A stretch of DNA of 61,767 nucleotides. It comes from Chara braunii (lineage: Eukaryota; Plantae; Charophyceae). This document shows positions 13,625 through 25,700 of this stretch, piece by piece (the stretch's first letter is position 1; each line of letters begins with the position of its first letter). Position numbers and translations under genes: made by a program. A model generated the notes under the pieces. It was not told where the DNA came from and did not search any database. It worked only from the letters and a program-made list of their open reading frames with translations. Location: assembly GCA_003427395.1 (NCBI GenBank), contig BFEA01000032.1, positions 1,591,019 through 1,652,785 on the forward strand, written 5' to 3'.

Positions 13625-13870
13625 TCACTCTCCTGCCATCTGAACTCTTACAATCCAGCAAATGCCTAATCTTAGTCTGACCCGTAATTGCTCTAAAGCA
13701 ACTGCTCGCATAAGCTCAGGGTAGTGCTCTACTATATCAATCTCATCATGCCTACCTAGCCTAGTGTCGCATCCTCTCACAGCCCCGATGACAGTCGCTT
13801 GCTGTTCGTCTAAATAGACCTCAAAGCAGAAGCTCTCTCCATCATCAGGAGTGTAGACATCGATCGGCAT
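13625..13870 (-). CDS. Accessory ORF of unknown function (81 aa, possibly truncated)
   Basis: ATG lies 3 nt after the stop of ORF B. VYLDEQQATVIGAVRGC weakly resembles IYLSSDE*KFLVVDTVRHC at about 43820-43880. Confidence 0.5.
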   Translation of the reverse strand: MPIDVYTPDDGESFCFEVYLDEQQATVIGAVRGCDTRLGRHDEIDIVEHYPELMRAVALEQLRVRLRLGICWIVRVQMAGE

Positions 13871-13873
13871 AGC

Positions 13874-14269
13874 TCACCACACTCGATCCCTTAATACCGC
13901 GTTGAGGATTGGTTCCCAGTCCTTCCCGTCACAAAAACTAGAAGACACAGGAGGGTTTGGGAATCTCTCAAACTCTCTAGGTAGGACACTCCACGTCACT
14001 TTCTTTCCTTGTTGTTTCAACAACAACCTTTCATCTGAGATATACTCAGCAGCAACTACCCAACACGCCTCATAGTCAATCTCTCTCCTCGTTCCATCAG
14101 ATACGTATGACCTTATATCATACTCATTTGTATCAAGGAATCGGGCTACAAGGACGTACAGAATCACGGAGTCGTGCTCACAAGTCACACACCTCTCAAT
14201 GACGTATGGGAAAGCACCTACAGCCGTGATCCTGGTCAGTGTCTCTATCGCTCTAGTTACTGCCGACAT
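13874..14269 (-). CDS. Accessory ORF paralog B (131 aa, intact, unknown domain with CxxC)
   Basis: Open ATG-to-stop ORF between PBS and gag. It has two tandem paralogs sharing G.FPY, C.TC, LV.RFLDT..YDIR.Y and W.PILNA.LR. Confidence 0.75.
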   Translation of the reverse strand: MSAVTRAIETLTRITAVGAFPYVIERCVTCEHDSVILYVLVARFLDTNEYDIRSYVSDGTRREIDYEACWVVAAEYISDERLLLKQQGKKVTWSVLPREFERFPNPPVSSSFCDGKDWEPILNAVLRDRVW

Positions 14270-14276
14270 GGGCTGT

Positions 14277-14672
14277 CTACCAACTCTGCCTTCTCAGTGC
14301 TGCATTGATGATTGGCTGTCAGTTCCTACCATCGCAGAATCCTTTGGGCACTGGCGGGGTGGGAATTTTCTCGTCGACTCTAGGCAATAGGCTCCAACTC
14401 GCCTCTATCCCTTGTTGTCTCTATTGATCCCTCTCTACTTCGATACACCTCACAAAAACATCACAGCTGGTAAAGAAACTCGGATCCCGATCAGTCTCTT
14501 CTAGGATGTAAGGTCGAATATCATAATCATCAGTGTCAAGGAATCTAGAGACAAGCACATGCACAGTCGTCATAATTTTCGCACAAGTAATACATTTAAT
14601 AAATATATAGGGAAAGGCACCACCATAGGTGACACGAGTTAGGGTTTCTCGGACATTATACTCTTCAGTCAT
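14277..14672 (-). pseudogene. Accessory ORF paralog A (same 396-nt length as B, two premature stops)
   Basis: ETLTRVTYGGAFPYIFIKCITC...VLVSRFLDTDDYDIRPY, then after a stop RQQGIEASWSLLPR...PTPPVPKGFCDGRN*QPIINAALRRQSW. Confidence 0.82.
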
Positions 14673-14913
14673 CGTCTGGTTTCTGACTTATGGACTTGTC
14701 AAGCGAAGGGTCCAGAAAACAAATTCTAAACCCTTTGCTTGCAGGCATGAGTCACTTCAGATAGACTTCTGCAAGAGGCCCCTCCTCTCGGGGCTCCTCT
14801 AGCCGAAAAGTCTTTCTGACTTGAGCCAGACCTTGTACGAAATATGTTAGACTGTTGCCTAGTCACTGAATATTGTGACAAAGGTCCGCTCCCAGGAACT
14901 CAAAATATTTGAG

Positions 14914-14931
14914 TCCCCGGCAACGGCGCCA
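14914..14931 (-). promoter_or_regulatory. Primer binding site, tRNA-Asp
   Basis: TGGCGCCGTTGCCGGGGA on the minus strand, complementary to the plant tRNA-Asp(GUC) 3' end (Athila-type PBS), 4 nt after a ...GCGCGACA LTR end. Confidence 0.92.
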
Positions 14932-16061
14932 TTTTTGTCGCGCCCCCACCGCTTCCAGGGCCTGGTTCGATGTCCCTCCCCGGGCTGAGTGCAGTGGGTT
15001 GGTGGACTGGCAAGCTGTCACGGAGGATTTTGGAAAGTTTTAGGGAAATTAGAAGTGCATTCACAAGCAGTCTTTGTCACACAGTCGAGAAGTCAGGGTT
15101 ATCCCTCCTGCCAGCGGTGACACGACTTAAAGTGAGGCGTTCGGGTTTATCGCCTGCACCTGACCCCGTATAAAGGTCAGATTCAAGGTCACTAGAGTCC
15201 CTATTATCCACGAGTCCTTCAGGTTGCCTTGAGTGTATCGTGTATGATATGAAGAGGAAAATAACATAATATCACATGCATTACAGAATCGTGCATCATA
15301 AAGCAAGTACCACTGAAAGAACAGGAAGACCAGAAACTAGACTCTGAAAGAGCATGACTAGAGATACGAGACAGAAGAGTAGTACGCAGAGAATGCAGGA
15401 AACAGTCATAGGAGGGGCTGCAGTTACTGATAAATCATAATAATGTCATAATACATCTCAGTGACTAAAAGATACGAGCCTCAATCAATGACGGCGAGTG
15501 GTACCTCATGAGTGGGCTCGACTGTCTGGGACTCCGTATCTGGTACACGTTGATCCTCCTCATCATTGAGAACCTGAGTGACTATCGACTCTGGGACCAC
15601 ATAGCTGATGTCAAAAGATGATGCAGGGTCGATCTTGCTGATATATGTCATACATCTCGCCATCTCCTCGTCCACGACACTTCGGAGGTACAACTCCTCG
15701 GCGAGGGAAATGTTGCCAGTGGCACCAATCAAGATCTCAATTCGTCACTTGCCGTAGATATAATCATAAGAAACCTCCAGAAAACGGTCTCCATAGAGTG
15801 GCTTCCGAAAAGCCTGTATAACGAAGTCTACTCCCACCAAATGACTGTAGTCATCCCCAAGATATGAGACTGGTCCCTTCCCCCTAGAAGGGCGGGCTAA
15901 CTGACTTGGGTCCTCCTGACATGTAATGCCGGAATCAATCACCCTCAAGCAGGTATCGTGCCAAGAGGTAAGCAACCCGCCGTAAGGCTGCCTTCCGCCT
16001 GCGTCTCACTCCGGCGACCAATGTCATAAGATGCCCTGGATATGCTCCAACTCAAGCTTGC

Positions 16062-16670
16062 TCAATCCCTGTGAGTATCCCAGTCAAAATAGTCCCCCAA
16101 GTCAACGTCGCTCACGCAGCAAGGCTCTTGGTCTGACTCGTCTGTCTCTGACCTCTGTAAACAAGTGGTAATAGGTATCCCGGATCTAACCACCTCGCTC
16201 CTTATCCTCCTGTCCTGACGCCTCTTTTCCTTGCTGCCACCTCTGCTCAGCGGTTTTGGATTACAGCCATCAAAGTCAAAGAGAGCACCTCCTGGTGCAA
16301 AGGGGACCTGGGGAAACACCACATTTAACCAGTGTTCCCTCCAGTAACTCTCCCTGCGGAAGATATAGTCAGCAATCCGATCATAGGTGACTCCCTTTAT
16401 TCCCTGCCCAGCATCTCTCACGTGATAAGTGATCACCAACGTGTATCTCGATGTGGGAGACTCATTGGCCCGAATTATGAAGCTCTGATGTCCAATGTGT
16501 CGATAACAGAACTTCTCAACCAGCTTACCCCATGTAGGGGTTGTCTCATGTTGAGGAGTCAGTTTGACCAATCTGCAAAGTAAGGTAGAATGTTCCTGAC
16601 AAGTGGTTACACCAAACAATGGTGTCCTAGTGATAAAGGGGGATATCAGCAACTCAGGAAAATAACCCAA
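16062..16670 (-). CDS. Hypothetical ORF (202 aa) inside the candidate LTR
   Basis: Long open frame with protein-like composition, followed closely by ORF pieces 15745-15975 and 15481-15732 on the same strand. No recognised family. Confidence 0.35.
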   Translation of the reverse strand: MGYFPELLISPFITRTPLFGVTTCQEHSTLLCRLVKLTPQHETTPTWGKLVEKFCYRHIGHQSFIIRANESPTSRYTLVITYHVRDAGQGIKGVTYDRIADYIFRRESYWREHWLNVVFPQVPFAPGGALFDFDGCNPKPLSRGGSKEKRRQDRRIRSEVVRSGIPITTCLQRSETDESDQEPCCVSDVDLGDYFDWDTHRD

Positions 16671-17012
16671 CTCGATGAGATCAGAGAGGATAGAACCTCA
16701 ATAGACCCTCTAGCCAAACTGGTGGCAACCAACCCAATATAGGGGCCTGCCTGAATGGGTCCGACTGATCAGCAATCAACTCAGTATAGGGGTCCGCTTG
16801 AATGGGTCCGGCTAAACAGCAACAACTCGATATAAGGGCCTGCCTGAATGGGCTCGGTTGAACAGCAACAACTCGATATAGGGGCCCGCCTGAATGGGCT
16901 CGGCTGAACAGCAACAACTCGATATAGGGGCCCGCCTAAATGAGCCCGGCTGAACAGCAATCAAACTCGATATAAGGGTCCGCCTGAATGGGCTCGGCTG
17001 AACAGCAACTCA
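16665..17012. repeat. 46-47-bp minisatellite, about 7 copies
   Basis: ATAGGGGCCCGCCTGAATGGGCTCGGCTGAACAGCAACAACTCG repeated; AACTCG at 16824, 16870 and 16916. Confidence 0.9.
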
Positions 17013-17399
17013 GTAGCTCCGGCGCTCATTATAGCAACGTCATATGTGTGTCTCTGCCGCGAGTGGACTAGAATATAAGGACAGGAACTGCCAGTATCGT
17101 CACTGTGAAGGACAAATCAACAAGGTGTTATCTGCGTAGGGGTCAGTTGCAAAATACTGCATGTACAAACTGGACTGCGCAGATACCATATGTGCAGGAA
17201 AAATACCGTCTGCACAGGGACTGAGATGAATATTGTCCATGTAGAGACTGATCGGCAAGAAATCAAATCAGCGAGAGTTGGGGCTAGTCATACCATCAGA
17301 GACATCCAGTCATGTCCTCAAGACTAATCATACTAGCAGGGCGTGCGTCCCCAACCATCATACCGGAGGGACATGCGTTCTAGGATCATCAGAACGTTT

Positions 17400-18620
17400 G
17401 AGCGCACACTCACATAGCCTACCCGAGCCTGGGCGCACTCATGTAATGATACCGAGCATGGGCGCGCATGGGCACACACTCAAAAGGCAATACTAAGCTT
17501 GGGCGCACACTCGAATCACAATTCCAAGCTTAGACGCGCATGAGCGCGCACTCAAATAGTGAGTTCAAGCCTGGGTACGCATGGGCGCCCACTCATATGG
17601 CAATGTCGAGTATAGGCGCGCATGGGCGCGCACTCGAATAGCAATACTGATCATGGGCGCACGTGAGCGCATACTCAAATGGCACTGCTGAGCTTAGCCT
17701 CGCATGGGCGCGCACTCAAATGGCAATTTTGGGCATGGGCGTGCATGGGCGCCCGCTAAAACAACAATGCCGATCATGGGCACGCATGGGCGCGCACTCG
17801 ATTAGTCAACTGAGACCAGACGCGCTCTCAAACCGCAATGCCTAGCTTAGGTGCGCGTGGGCGCACACTTAAAAAACAAGATCTAGCTTGGGCGCGCATT
17901 CAAATAGCAAAACCAAGCTCGGGCGCTCATGGACGCGCACTCTCACAGCAATGCCAAGCTTGGGCTCGCATGGGCACGTACTCGGATAGCAATATCATGC
18001 AAGGGCGCGCATCGGCGTGCACTCAAAGAATAATTTAAAGCTTGGGTGCGCACGGGCGTGCACTCAAATAGCAATACCTAGCATGGATGCGCATGGGCGA
18101 GCACTCAAATAGTAGTCCTGAGACCGTGCGCGCACTTCAAACAACCAAACTTAGACTGGGCACGCACTCAAACAGCCAAACTGAGACTAGGCGCGCATTC
18201 AAGCAGCCAAACTGAAACTGGGCGCGCACTCAAACAGCCAAACTGAGACTGGGCGCGCACTCAAACAACCAAACTAAGACTGGGCGCGCACTCAAACAGC
18301 CAAACTGAGACTGGGCGCGCACTCAAACAGCCAAACTGAGACTGGGCGCGCACTCAAACAACCAAACTAAGACTGGGCGCGCACTCAAGCAGCCAAACTG
18401 AGACTGGGCGCGCACTCAAACAGCCAAACTGAGACTGGGCGCGCACTCAAGCAGCCAAACTGAGACTGGGCGCGCACTCAAACAGCCAAACTGAGACTGG
18501 GCGTGCGCTCAAACAACCAAACTGAGACTAGGCGCGCACTCAAACAACCAAACTTAGACTGGGCGCGCACTCAAACAGCCAAACCGAGACTGGACGCGCA
18601 CTCAAACGGCCAGGTTGAGC
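17400..18620. repeat. GGGCGCGCACTCAAA repeat field ending in a homogeneous 31-bp array (about 16 copies, 18120-18610)
   Basis: CTGGGCGCGCACTCAAACAGCCAAACTGAGA has period 31 (18251, 18282...). Degenerate longer units lie upstream. Confidence 0.93.
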
Positions 18621-19909
18621 CTGAGTGCATACTAAAATACTGCGATGTCCCAAGTGGCCAACATTACTAAATCTTAGTGTGAACACAGGGTGTCATTATC
18701 ACTCTAAGTGCGAACTCAGTCCAACATCTACTACCATGGTTCTGCATTACCGCATTGAATGGAAACATTGAACACGGCCCATATTTTACCGCAATCCAGC
18801 ATTACCGCATTGAGTGCGCACTCTGAGCACAATCCGTATTTTACCGCAGTCCAACATTACCACATTGAGTGCGAACACTACTGTAGCGCTATCTTAACTT
18901 CCTTGCTCCCAGATCTTTTGCTCCCTCCTCCCCCAGTCGGTGAGTTGCGTGCATATTTCCCTCACCCACTGCCCTCATCACCCTAGTGTCGGCCCTTGCA
19001 TGCCTTCAGTTAGGCATATCTCCACCGTATTCCAGGCTCCCCCTTTTTTCATGGTCGGTCCTGCATGGTGTCCTCCTTTTGTCGAGCGTTACCCGCCCTG
19101 ATGGTCTATCTGTTAGGGTCATTGGTTTTGTTTCGTTACCACTCTCTTACCTTGAGCCTGATGACCTATCCCACCTTCATGTGTGACTGCCCTTAGGAGT
19201 TTCGATACTTAGGCTGCATTCACCCCCTCTGAGACCATCCCACTCTTAGTGGTTCAGCGACAGGACATTATCTTGTGTCATGTTGCTCTTTTTCCTTTCA
19301 GCACTGAGGCAATTGCCTCCAGGACATTAGGATTGTATATTGCTACATTTCATTTTTTGCTGTAAGTTATGACATGTATACCAGACATTTGCTTTTCTTT
19401 TAACATTATGTAACTTAGGTTGCATCGCATGGACTCAGCATGGAGCTTGCTCCGCATCCTAGATTTCTCAGTTTTCTTTATTGCAGAGTTGCGCTGCTTT
19501 TGCGGATAGCGTGTTTATGGCTCTTGCGATCCATTACAGGTCTGAGGATCTTGTAGCATACCTCATCTGCCCTGGCCTACAACTAGGGCCTATTTGGCTA
19601 TTTGCGAGTTCGGTCTGTGGGACCAGGCCGTGGCCTGACCCCACAAGCCGTACACTGTTTCAGTCCAGTCCCGTCATGCCCGGTACCATTGTCAGTACCA
19701 GGCCAGTCCAGTCCAGTCAAGTCAGTCCGCTGGGGATATACCCCAGTTGTTGTTTGTTTTTCGTCATTCTTCATTTACACAGTTTGGAGTACGTGCGTGT
19801 TGAGTCTGCGTTGGAGCTGCGCTATCCCTTCCAACTCCATCTCCATCTCCCCCATCCTCATCCCTTCATCTTGATCCTGACGGACCGTCATCCCGAAGTG
19901 TCCGTCACA

Positions 19910-20103
19910 ACTGCTATGTGGGGAATCAGCCACTTTAGTGCCTAATTATATGGACAACAATTTATGTTGGTCACGGATCATGAATTGCTAATGGGCTTGA
20001 AGAAATCAAAGGACTATTTGAGTATGATGAGACGATGGGCCACCACATTGTAGGGAATGGAATTTGACATTCTCTATAGGAAGCAAGAGCGACACGGAAA
20101 CAC
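19910..20103 (+). pseudogene. Fragment of an older Gypsy RNase H, cut by the LTR insertion
   Basis: Translation AMWGISHFSA*LYGQQFMLVTDHELL...RRWATTL*GMEFDILYRKQERHGN matches the Ty3/Gypsy RNase H C-terminal pattern. Confidence 0.8.
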
Positions 20104-21765
20104 CTGCACCGGTCTGGCAGAGTCTTTGCAAGTGAGGAAATGTTATTGTGCAATAATCCAGAAACAAAGGACGAGCCAAAGTACGAAGAGGTGGAGATCC
20201 TCCAGAAGGTTTGAGCGCCTGCTCAAAAGCGATGGATGCTCCCTCCTCTCCTCCCGATCTTTCCACTCCTTCTCAGATTCCTAACCTTTCATGTGTTTCG
20301 AATCTCCCTGAAAATTGATATTACTTTTGCACGTGTATTTCGTGAATCTACGAGGTAGTTTTTTATCCCCACAGATTGTCGACTTGTACCACCGCGAGAC
20401 CAGCAACACGTTGTTAATAATCAGGGAGTATCCAAACAGTGAAGTGTGTTTGTTATTCCTTAGTGTCATTTTTGTCAGAGGCAGACTAAAGATTCATTCG
20501 TTGTTGGTGGATGGTTTGCCTTCTGTCGTTATCGAGATACCCAACACTCTAATCGAGGCTTCCTTAAGGAGTCATTTGAGAGACTTTCAGCCTCCTCGCA
20601 CGTTACCTCTGGCAGCTCCTCCAACAGCCCAACAACACTCAAGTGTGCTTGCCACAAACTTGCAGCACGAGTGCTTTCTGTGTGGCAGCCGGGGACAACT
20701 GTTTGTTTTATAGTGGTCGAGGAGGGTTGGACGTCACTCCAGCCCCCAGACAAAATTGCGGGCTCACAGTGAACCCTTGATTTGACCAAGATTCAAGGCT
20801 AACGGTGGTCGCACCACAGCCACAGCCTTAGTGAGGGCAGTTTCTTTAACTGCCCTCATTTTCTTTTTCTTTTATTTTCCTCAGTTATCTCGGAATTTCA
20901 CAAGATAGCTGAGGTCTTGGTATTTCCAAAACTGCCTTTCTTTTATTTTTCTGATACGGGGTTGGAGAGATACAACCCCTTTCAGTTTGATGTATCTGGA
21001 CCCGTTTTCCAGAGCAGATACAGCGGGGAAACGGTTGTACTTCACCTTTTTCATTATGTCCCCTCAATTTTCAGGCTCCCTCTAAAAACGGGAGCCTGAC
21101 AATTATCTCTGGCAACTTCTGCCAGAGGTAGCACCTCGTGAGGACAAGTGTCCTCACTATAATGCAAAAAGAAAATATATAAAAGAAAAGAAAAATAAAA
21201 CTAAGTTCAACTGCACGCGCCTGGTCATTTTCTCAGCCAGGTTCATGCAATTGCATGAAACAACGCTCCCTTTTTTTATTCTGCCCTCCCCTGAAAACGG
21301 GGAGCGTAGTTGTTAGGTTGGGAGATTTAGGACCTCTGCTCCCAACTCCCTCGTTTATCCCCCTCCAACTCTCTTTCCCTCCCGCATGCATTGTGGGCCG
21401 CGAGATCCAAGATCTCGGGGCCACAAGTATTTGTTTCAAAACGAAGTGGGAGCCATCGTGCTCCCACACAGTTTGAAAAAATTGTTTTTCAATTAATGAG
21501 GCAACAACCTCGTTTTGTTTTCCTTTTTTTTTTAAACAGTTTTTAGGTTGCTCGTTTTCCTCATCTCCCTGTTTTCCTAGTCGGCTATGCCCCAACGGTC
21601 ACGAACGGGGAGGGAAAACAAACTAAAAAAGCAAAAAGGAAAAAAAAAAAAATCAAAACTTACCTGAACTAAAAAGGCATCGCTCTGGAAATGGGCGTCT
21701 ACATATCCCCATGTCCTAGGGGTAAATTCATTTGATTTTGCCCATTTTGCACACACACGTATGTC

Positions 21766-21819
21766 GACCGTCGAGGTTGCAACGCCCTGATCAGTCGGTG
21801 AAAGTCCTACGAAACAGTC
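21766..21819 (+). ncRNA. Degenerate type III hammerhead ribozyme motif
   Basis: GACCGTC-gaggttgcaacgcc-CTGATCA-GTCGG-tgaaagt-CCTAC-GAAAC-AGTC. Core G8 is changed to C and the stems are mismatched. Homologous to the copy at 30252-30312. Confidence 0.65.
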
Positions 21820-22012
21820 TGGCACAGTTCATGCACTTCCTCCTTGGCACCCCGCTCGAACAGGCGCATCCATCGTGAGGGCACAACCATGGGAAACTCA
21901 TTTTCCCATGATTTGGTCGAAGATTCATTCAAATTTGCTCATCCTCTCGTCAGAAGTAACGTGTGGTCAACCTCGAGTTTGGAGACTTACTATTTTTTTT
22001 TTTTTCTCTCTT

Positions 22013-22095
<83 letters not shown>

Positions 22096-22470
22096 TGTAG
22101 AAGTGTATATCTCTATGTTCTAACAGTAGATCCATTCGACTTTGCCCATTCTATCGATGTAAGCATCAGGAGTCAGCCGCCAGGTTGAAGACTTACCTTG
22201 GCTACTCGTCACATTGACAAAACAGGCTCGTTCGTCCAAGCGAATGGAAACTGACTCAACTCGAAATGGGAAGGGAATGGGGCGAATCTAAAAACAAAAC
22301 TTAGAAAACAAAATCTAAAAAAAAAAAAAAAAAAAAACTTACCTCATAAAAAAAACGGTCGTCCGTGAAACGGGTACCTTCTGTCCTTCATGAGGACTCT
22401 AACTCCTCGTCAGTTCTCAACGCGCCATTTGGCGCACCGCTTTAGTTAGATTACCCTCTTTTTTTTTTTA

Positions 22471-22741
22471 TCTCGATTTATTCGTGTCATCCTTACGCAG
22501 GGGGCATGCGAATTTGCTTAATGCGCGACCGATTTCGGTTGTTTGATCTGACGATCACGCGGTCGAAATTAAACACGCCAGGTATAAGATTTCTCGTCAA
22601 GGCTGCTCCAAAATGGAGCTAGCCCAGCTAGGGCGTGCTAGTTTCAATCCTGTAGTCTCAAAGGTGAGAACCAGATGTTGTAACCTACTGGGCTAGCTCC
22701 TTCCATGGATGTAGAAGGTGTAACTCTTCTACAAGAAAAGT
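22471..22741 (-). ncRNA. Hairpin / tRNA-like / U6-like module, copy 1
   Basis: Minus strand 22513-22471 reads ATTCGCATGCCCCCTGCGTAAGGATGACACGAATAAATCGAGA, close to the plant U6 3' half. A tRNA-like unit at 22700-22615 has box A TAGCCCAGTAGG and 13-bp inverted ends. Confidence 0.75.
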
Positions 22742-25700
22742 GTTCGCTCTGGTATATCGGTCGGCGTATAGCTCCACGGACCCTACTAGCCCTTCGAGCC
22801 ATAGGACCAACCTTCCCTCGCTAGGTCGCGGCCGCTTATCCTGGCGTGGTCGTCCTTGTTAACTCCCATGGCCCGAATCGCGGGACTGCTAAGCCGCACA
22901 ACATCATTTTAAGTAGACTGAAACTTATAATTAGTATTCCAATGGTTGTACGTCCCTGCGGCCTCGTAAGATGTGAACCGAGGTTAGTCGTACCGCCACA
23001 ATTGGATGCGCCATTACTCTTGAACGCCGCAAGCGTCCAGATTAGGGTTTCCACAAAGTTTTAATCGTTGTCATAAGTTAGTCTGAATAAACTTTTGGCA
23101 GGCGTCAATCTTATCGAGTTTCTCAATTTAACAAAAAATTCGGACAACGTCTGATATTGAAAAAACCGAGCAAATGCCCTTGTAAGGGTTTCTGCTCCGA
23201 CACCGCATCTTTGCCATCCAACTTTTTTATCATCACTACGCTGTCCGCCTGCTCTGCGAAGTCCCCCCTCATGACGCTCCCTCCTTTCCTCTCAGCGTCC
23301 TCCTCTTCGGTTTTGCATGGAGGCAGTACAACCACATGGAGTTGTATTGCATCATCTCCGGGACCTTCCCTATCGTGGAAGATTATGAGTCCCTGCGAGA
23401 TAACACCCTGCGCGTGCTTCTCACCCTGTATGCTGAATACCTTGCTTTCCTCCCCCGACCCAATGGTCGATTTATCCACATGCATCACATCGTCCACTTC
23501 ATCGATCTCAGTGACAAAACTTTTGATTGCTTTCCCCCACTTCCCCAAGAATGGCCCCGATCTGCTCCTCCTTCCCTTCTCGTTATTTACAATACGGCTG
23601 AGCACCAATGAGCTAGCAAACTGAATCCAAATGATGTCATATGGAAAACAATTGTGGAGGCTGACGATTGTTGATGAGGCGCGACAACGAACTTACGAGG
23701 ATATTGCAATTGAAGATTGTGCCAACATATGCTTTTCGGCGGTCCATGTTGGAATTACCCGCACCTTAGCGAGCGCGCTAGGGAGCTTGTTCGACAACTG
23801 GGAATTATGGGATTTACGGATGCTTTTCCCGCTGGCGTGTCGTTTTTTGCATATGGATGTTCACGCACCCCCCCTTGAAAGATCTGTAAATTTTCAGTAG
23901 GCAACTAGATAGGCGTGGGATTTTCCCGTGCTCAATCCCGCACGCTGGTATTGCATTTGAATTTCTCAATCTTTAGTAATTTTAGGACGGAACGTAACTG
24001 TTTTGGTATCTTTCTTCTTTTTTGCACTAGTGCCATGCATGCAAACTTTCCCCGCTTTCCGCTAGGACCTATGCCATATTCACCCTCCTCCTCTTCACGC
24101 CTTCTCTCCTTCACCAGTAACTATTTCCATCCCCTCTCTCTTGCACTTCACCCCTACTCCTTCTTGTTTGAATCTTGGTCCCACTCCACTCTACTTTTTG
24201 CGCTCTCCTCCTTCACTCCTCCATCCCCACACCTGAACTCCCTACCAATTCCAAGCCCCTAAAGTATTTGAAGTCGTGAGGTGACGTCATGTACGGAGGA
24301 TACTCCCCGCACACATCGATCTGATTGGCTGCGAAGAAACTCGCGGGGATTGATATGGCTTTCTGATGGCAGCTATCCCAAACTCCCTTTTCACCCCTTT
24401 CTATCTCCACCTCTCGCTTCTCCATCTTCTATTTCCCCCTTCGCAACTATAAGACCCGCAAGCGCACTCGAAAATCTCTCTCTCAACCCATCTGCCAGCT
24501 TCAGGGAAGTCGTGGCTCGGTGATGTGCAAGTAGCAAGTCGGAAAGTCCTGACGAGCTGACTGTAGTGTACGCATGACTGTGCGCTGGGTGGTCGTGACG
24601 AACTGCGGGATCTGGGCAAGTAGGTGCAAAAGCGGGGTTGGCGGGGTGACGATCGGCGTGGTATGAAGGTTGGTATGTGGCGGTCGGGATTGTCGGTAGC
24701 TGAGTAAGAAGGGTGTGTGTTTGTATGAATGGTTGAATGGCCAGGAGTCATTACCGAGAGTAGAAGCCCGGTGCGCCTTGATATTCAGGTTCTTATTCTG
24801 TTGGTTCTCAAAAAGTTAAGTATACGTTGAATAACCGAGTGTTCTCCCTCAAGATTATATGTGTGACTCGAGTTTTTCTTTTTGCTCCCCGATTCTCCCT
24901 CATTCAATCACGCCTCTGTCTCTCTCTCTCTTCATCTTGTTTCGGTGTTTATAATTGTTTGATGAATGACAAAATGACTCAAGATTTTCCTTGATCTCGC
25001 TTGTCATTGTTCAATTCAACTGGATCTCGCACGAACGAGCATTGTTGAATTCAAAGGTACTAGTGAATTCTGGAAGGTCTTTTGATTTTTTCTTTTCTAT
25101 CGATTGGTGTATCCGTCGAAGAATGAAGGATTCCTGTATGTAAGGTTTTTCATGCATGAGTATTGCCTGAACTGGGTAAGTTAAAGCCCATCAAGATTAT
25201 GAGAATGTATACTCGTTGCTCCTATAATAAATGATGATTGTTGTTGTGATCGGGTCGAACTCACATCCCTCTTTTTTATCGATTCGATGAACGGAAGCAT
25301 CCTAACTAACTATTTTTGCGATCGAACAATCGACGGAGTCGAATTCAAGTACTCAGAATTCGCTTGTGCCATGTGGACTCCCTGCATCCCTATCACGACC
25401 ATTCCAGTACAACGAGGATAGGACACGTGTTTGTGAGTGAGACATACGAGAAGTCATCGCCAAAATTGGCGGACGATATTATTTTCCACCAGAGACAAGG
25501 TGCTCTGGATTCGTATTGCCTTTTAATGAGTTGATCGTCATCCCGTGAACGACAGTAGCACCCCATTGGCCTAATACAATGTGCAATGATTGTTGCCCCG
25601 CAGAGCGATACCAGAAAAGGGGGTTCCATTATGGCACACTGTGGCGAAGGCGAGCACAAGGAAAAAACAACCAGGCTAAGGCCATCCACGTCAGATTCCG

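Larger units (their letters stand above)
6014..19909 (-). mobile_element. Decayed giant Ty3/Gypsy LTR retrotransposon (tRNA-Asp primed, no chromodomain seen); 3' LTR not found
   Basis: Order on the minus strand is candidate LTR, PBS, accessory ORFs, gag with CCHC, PR, RT, RNase H, INT, which is Gypsy order. Multiple stops and frameshifts. The element probably continues through a long 3' region toward the gap at 2534. Confidence 0.9.
14936..19909 (-). repeat. Candidate ~5-kb 5' LTR (TGTGACGG...GCGCGACA)
   Basis: The CA end abuts the PBS and the TG end at 19909 abuts an unrelated interrupted RNase H fragment. No second LTR in the window to confirm it. Confidence 0.55.

Noticed and set aside
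22385-22415. CTGACGAG on the minus strand as a third hammerhead
   Set aside because: No GAAA box after the stem and no stem III or cleavage triplet.
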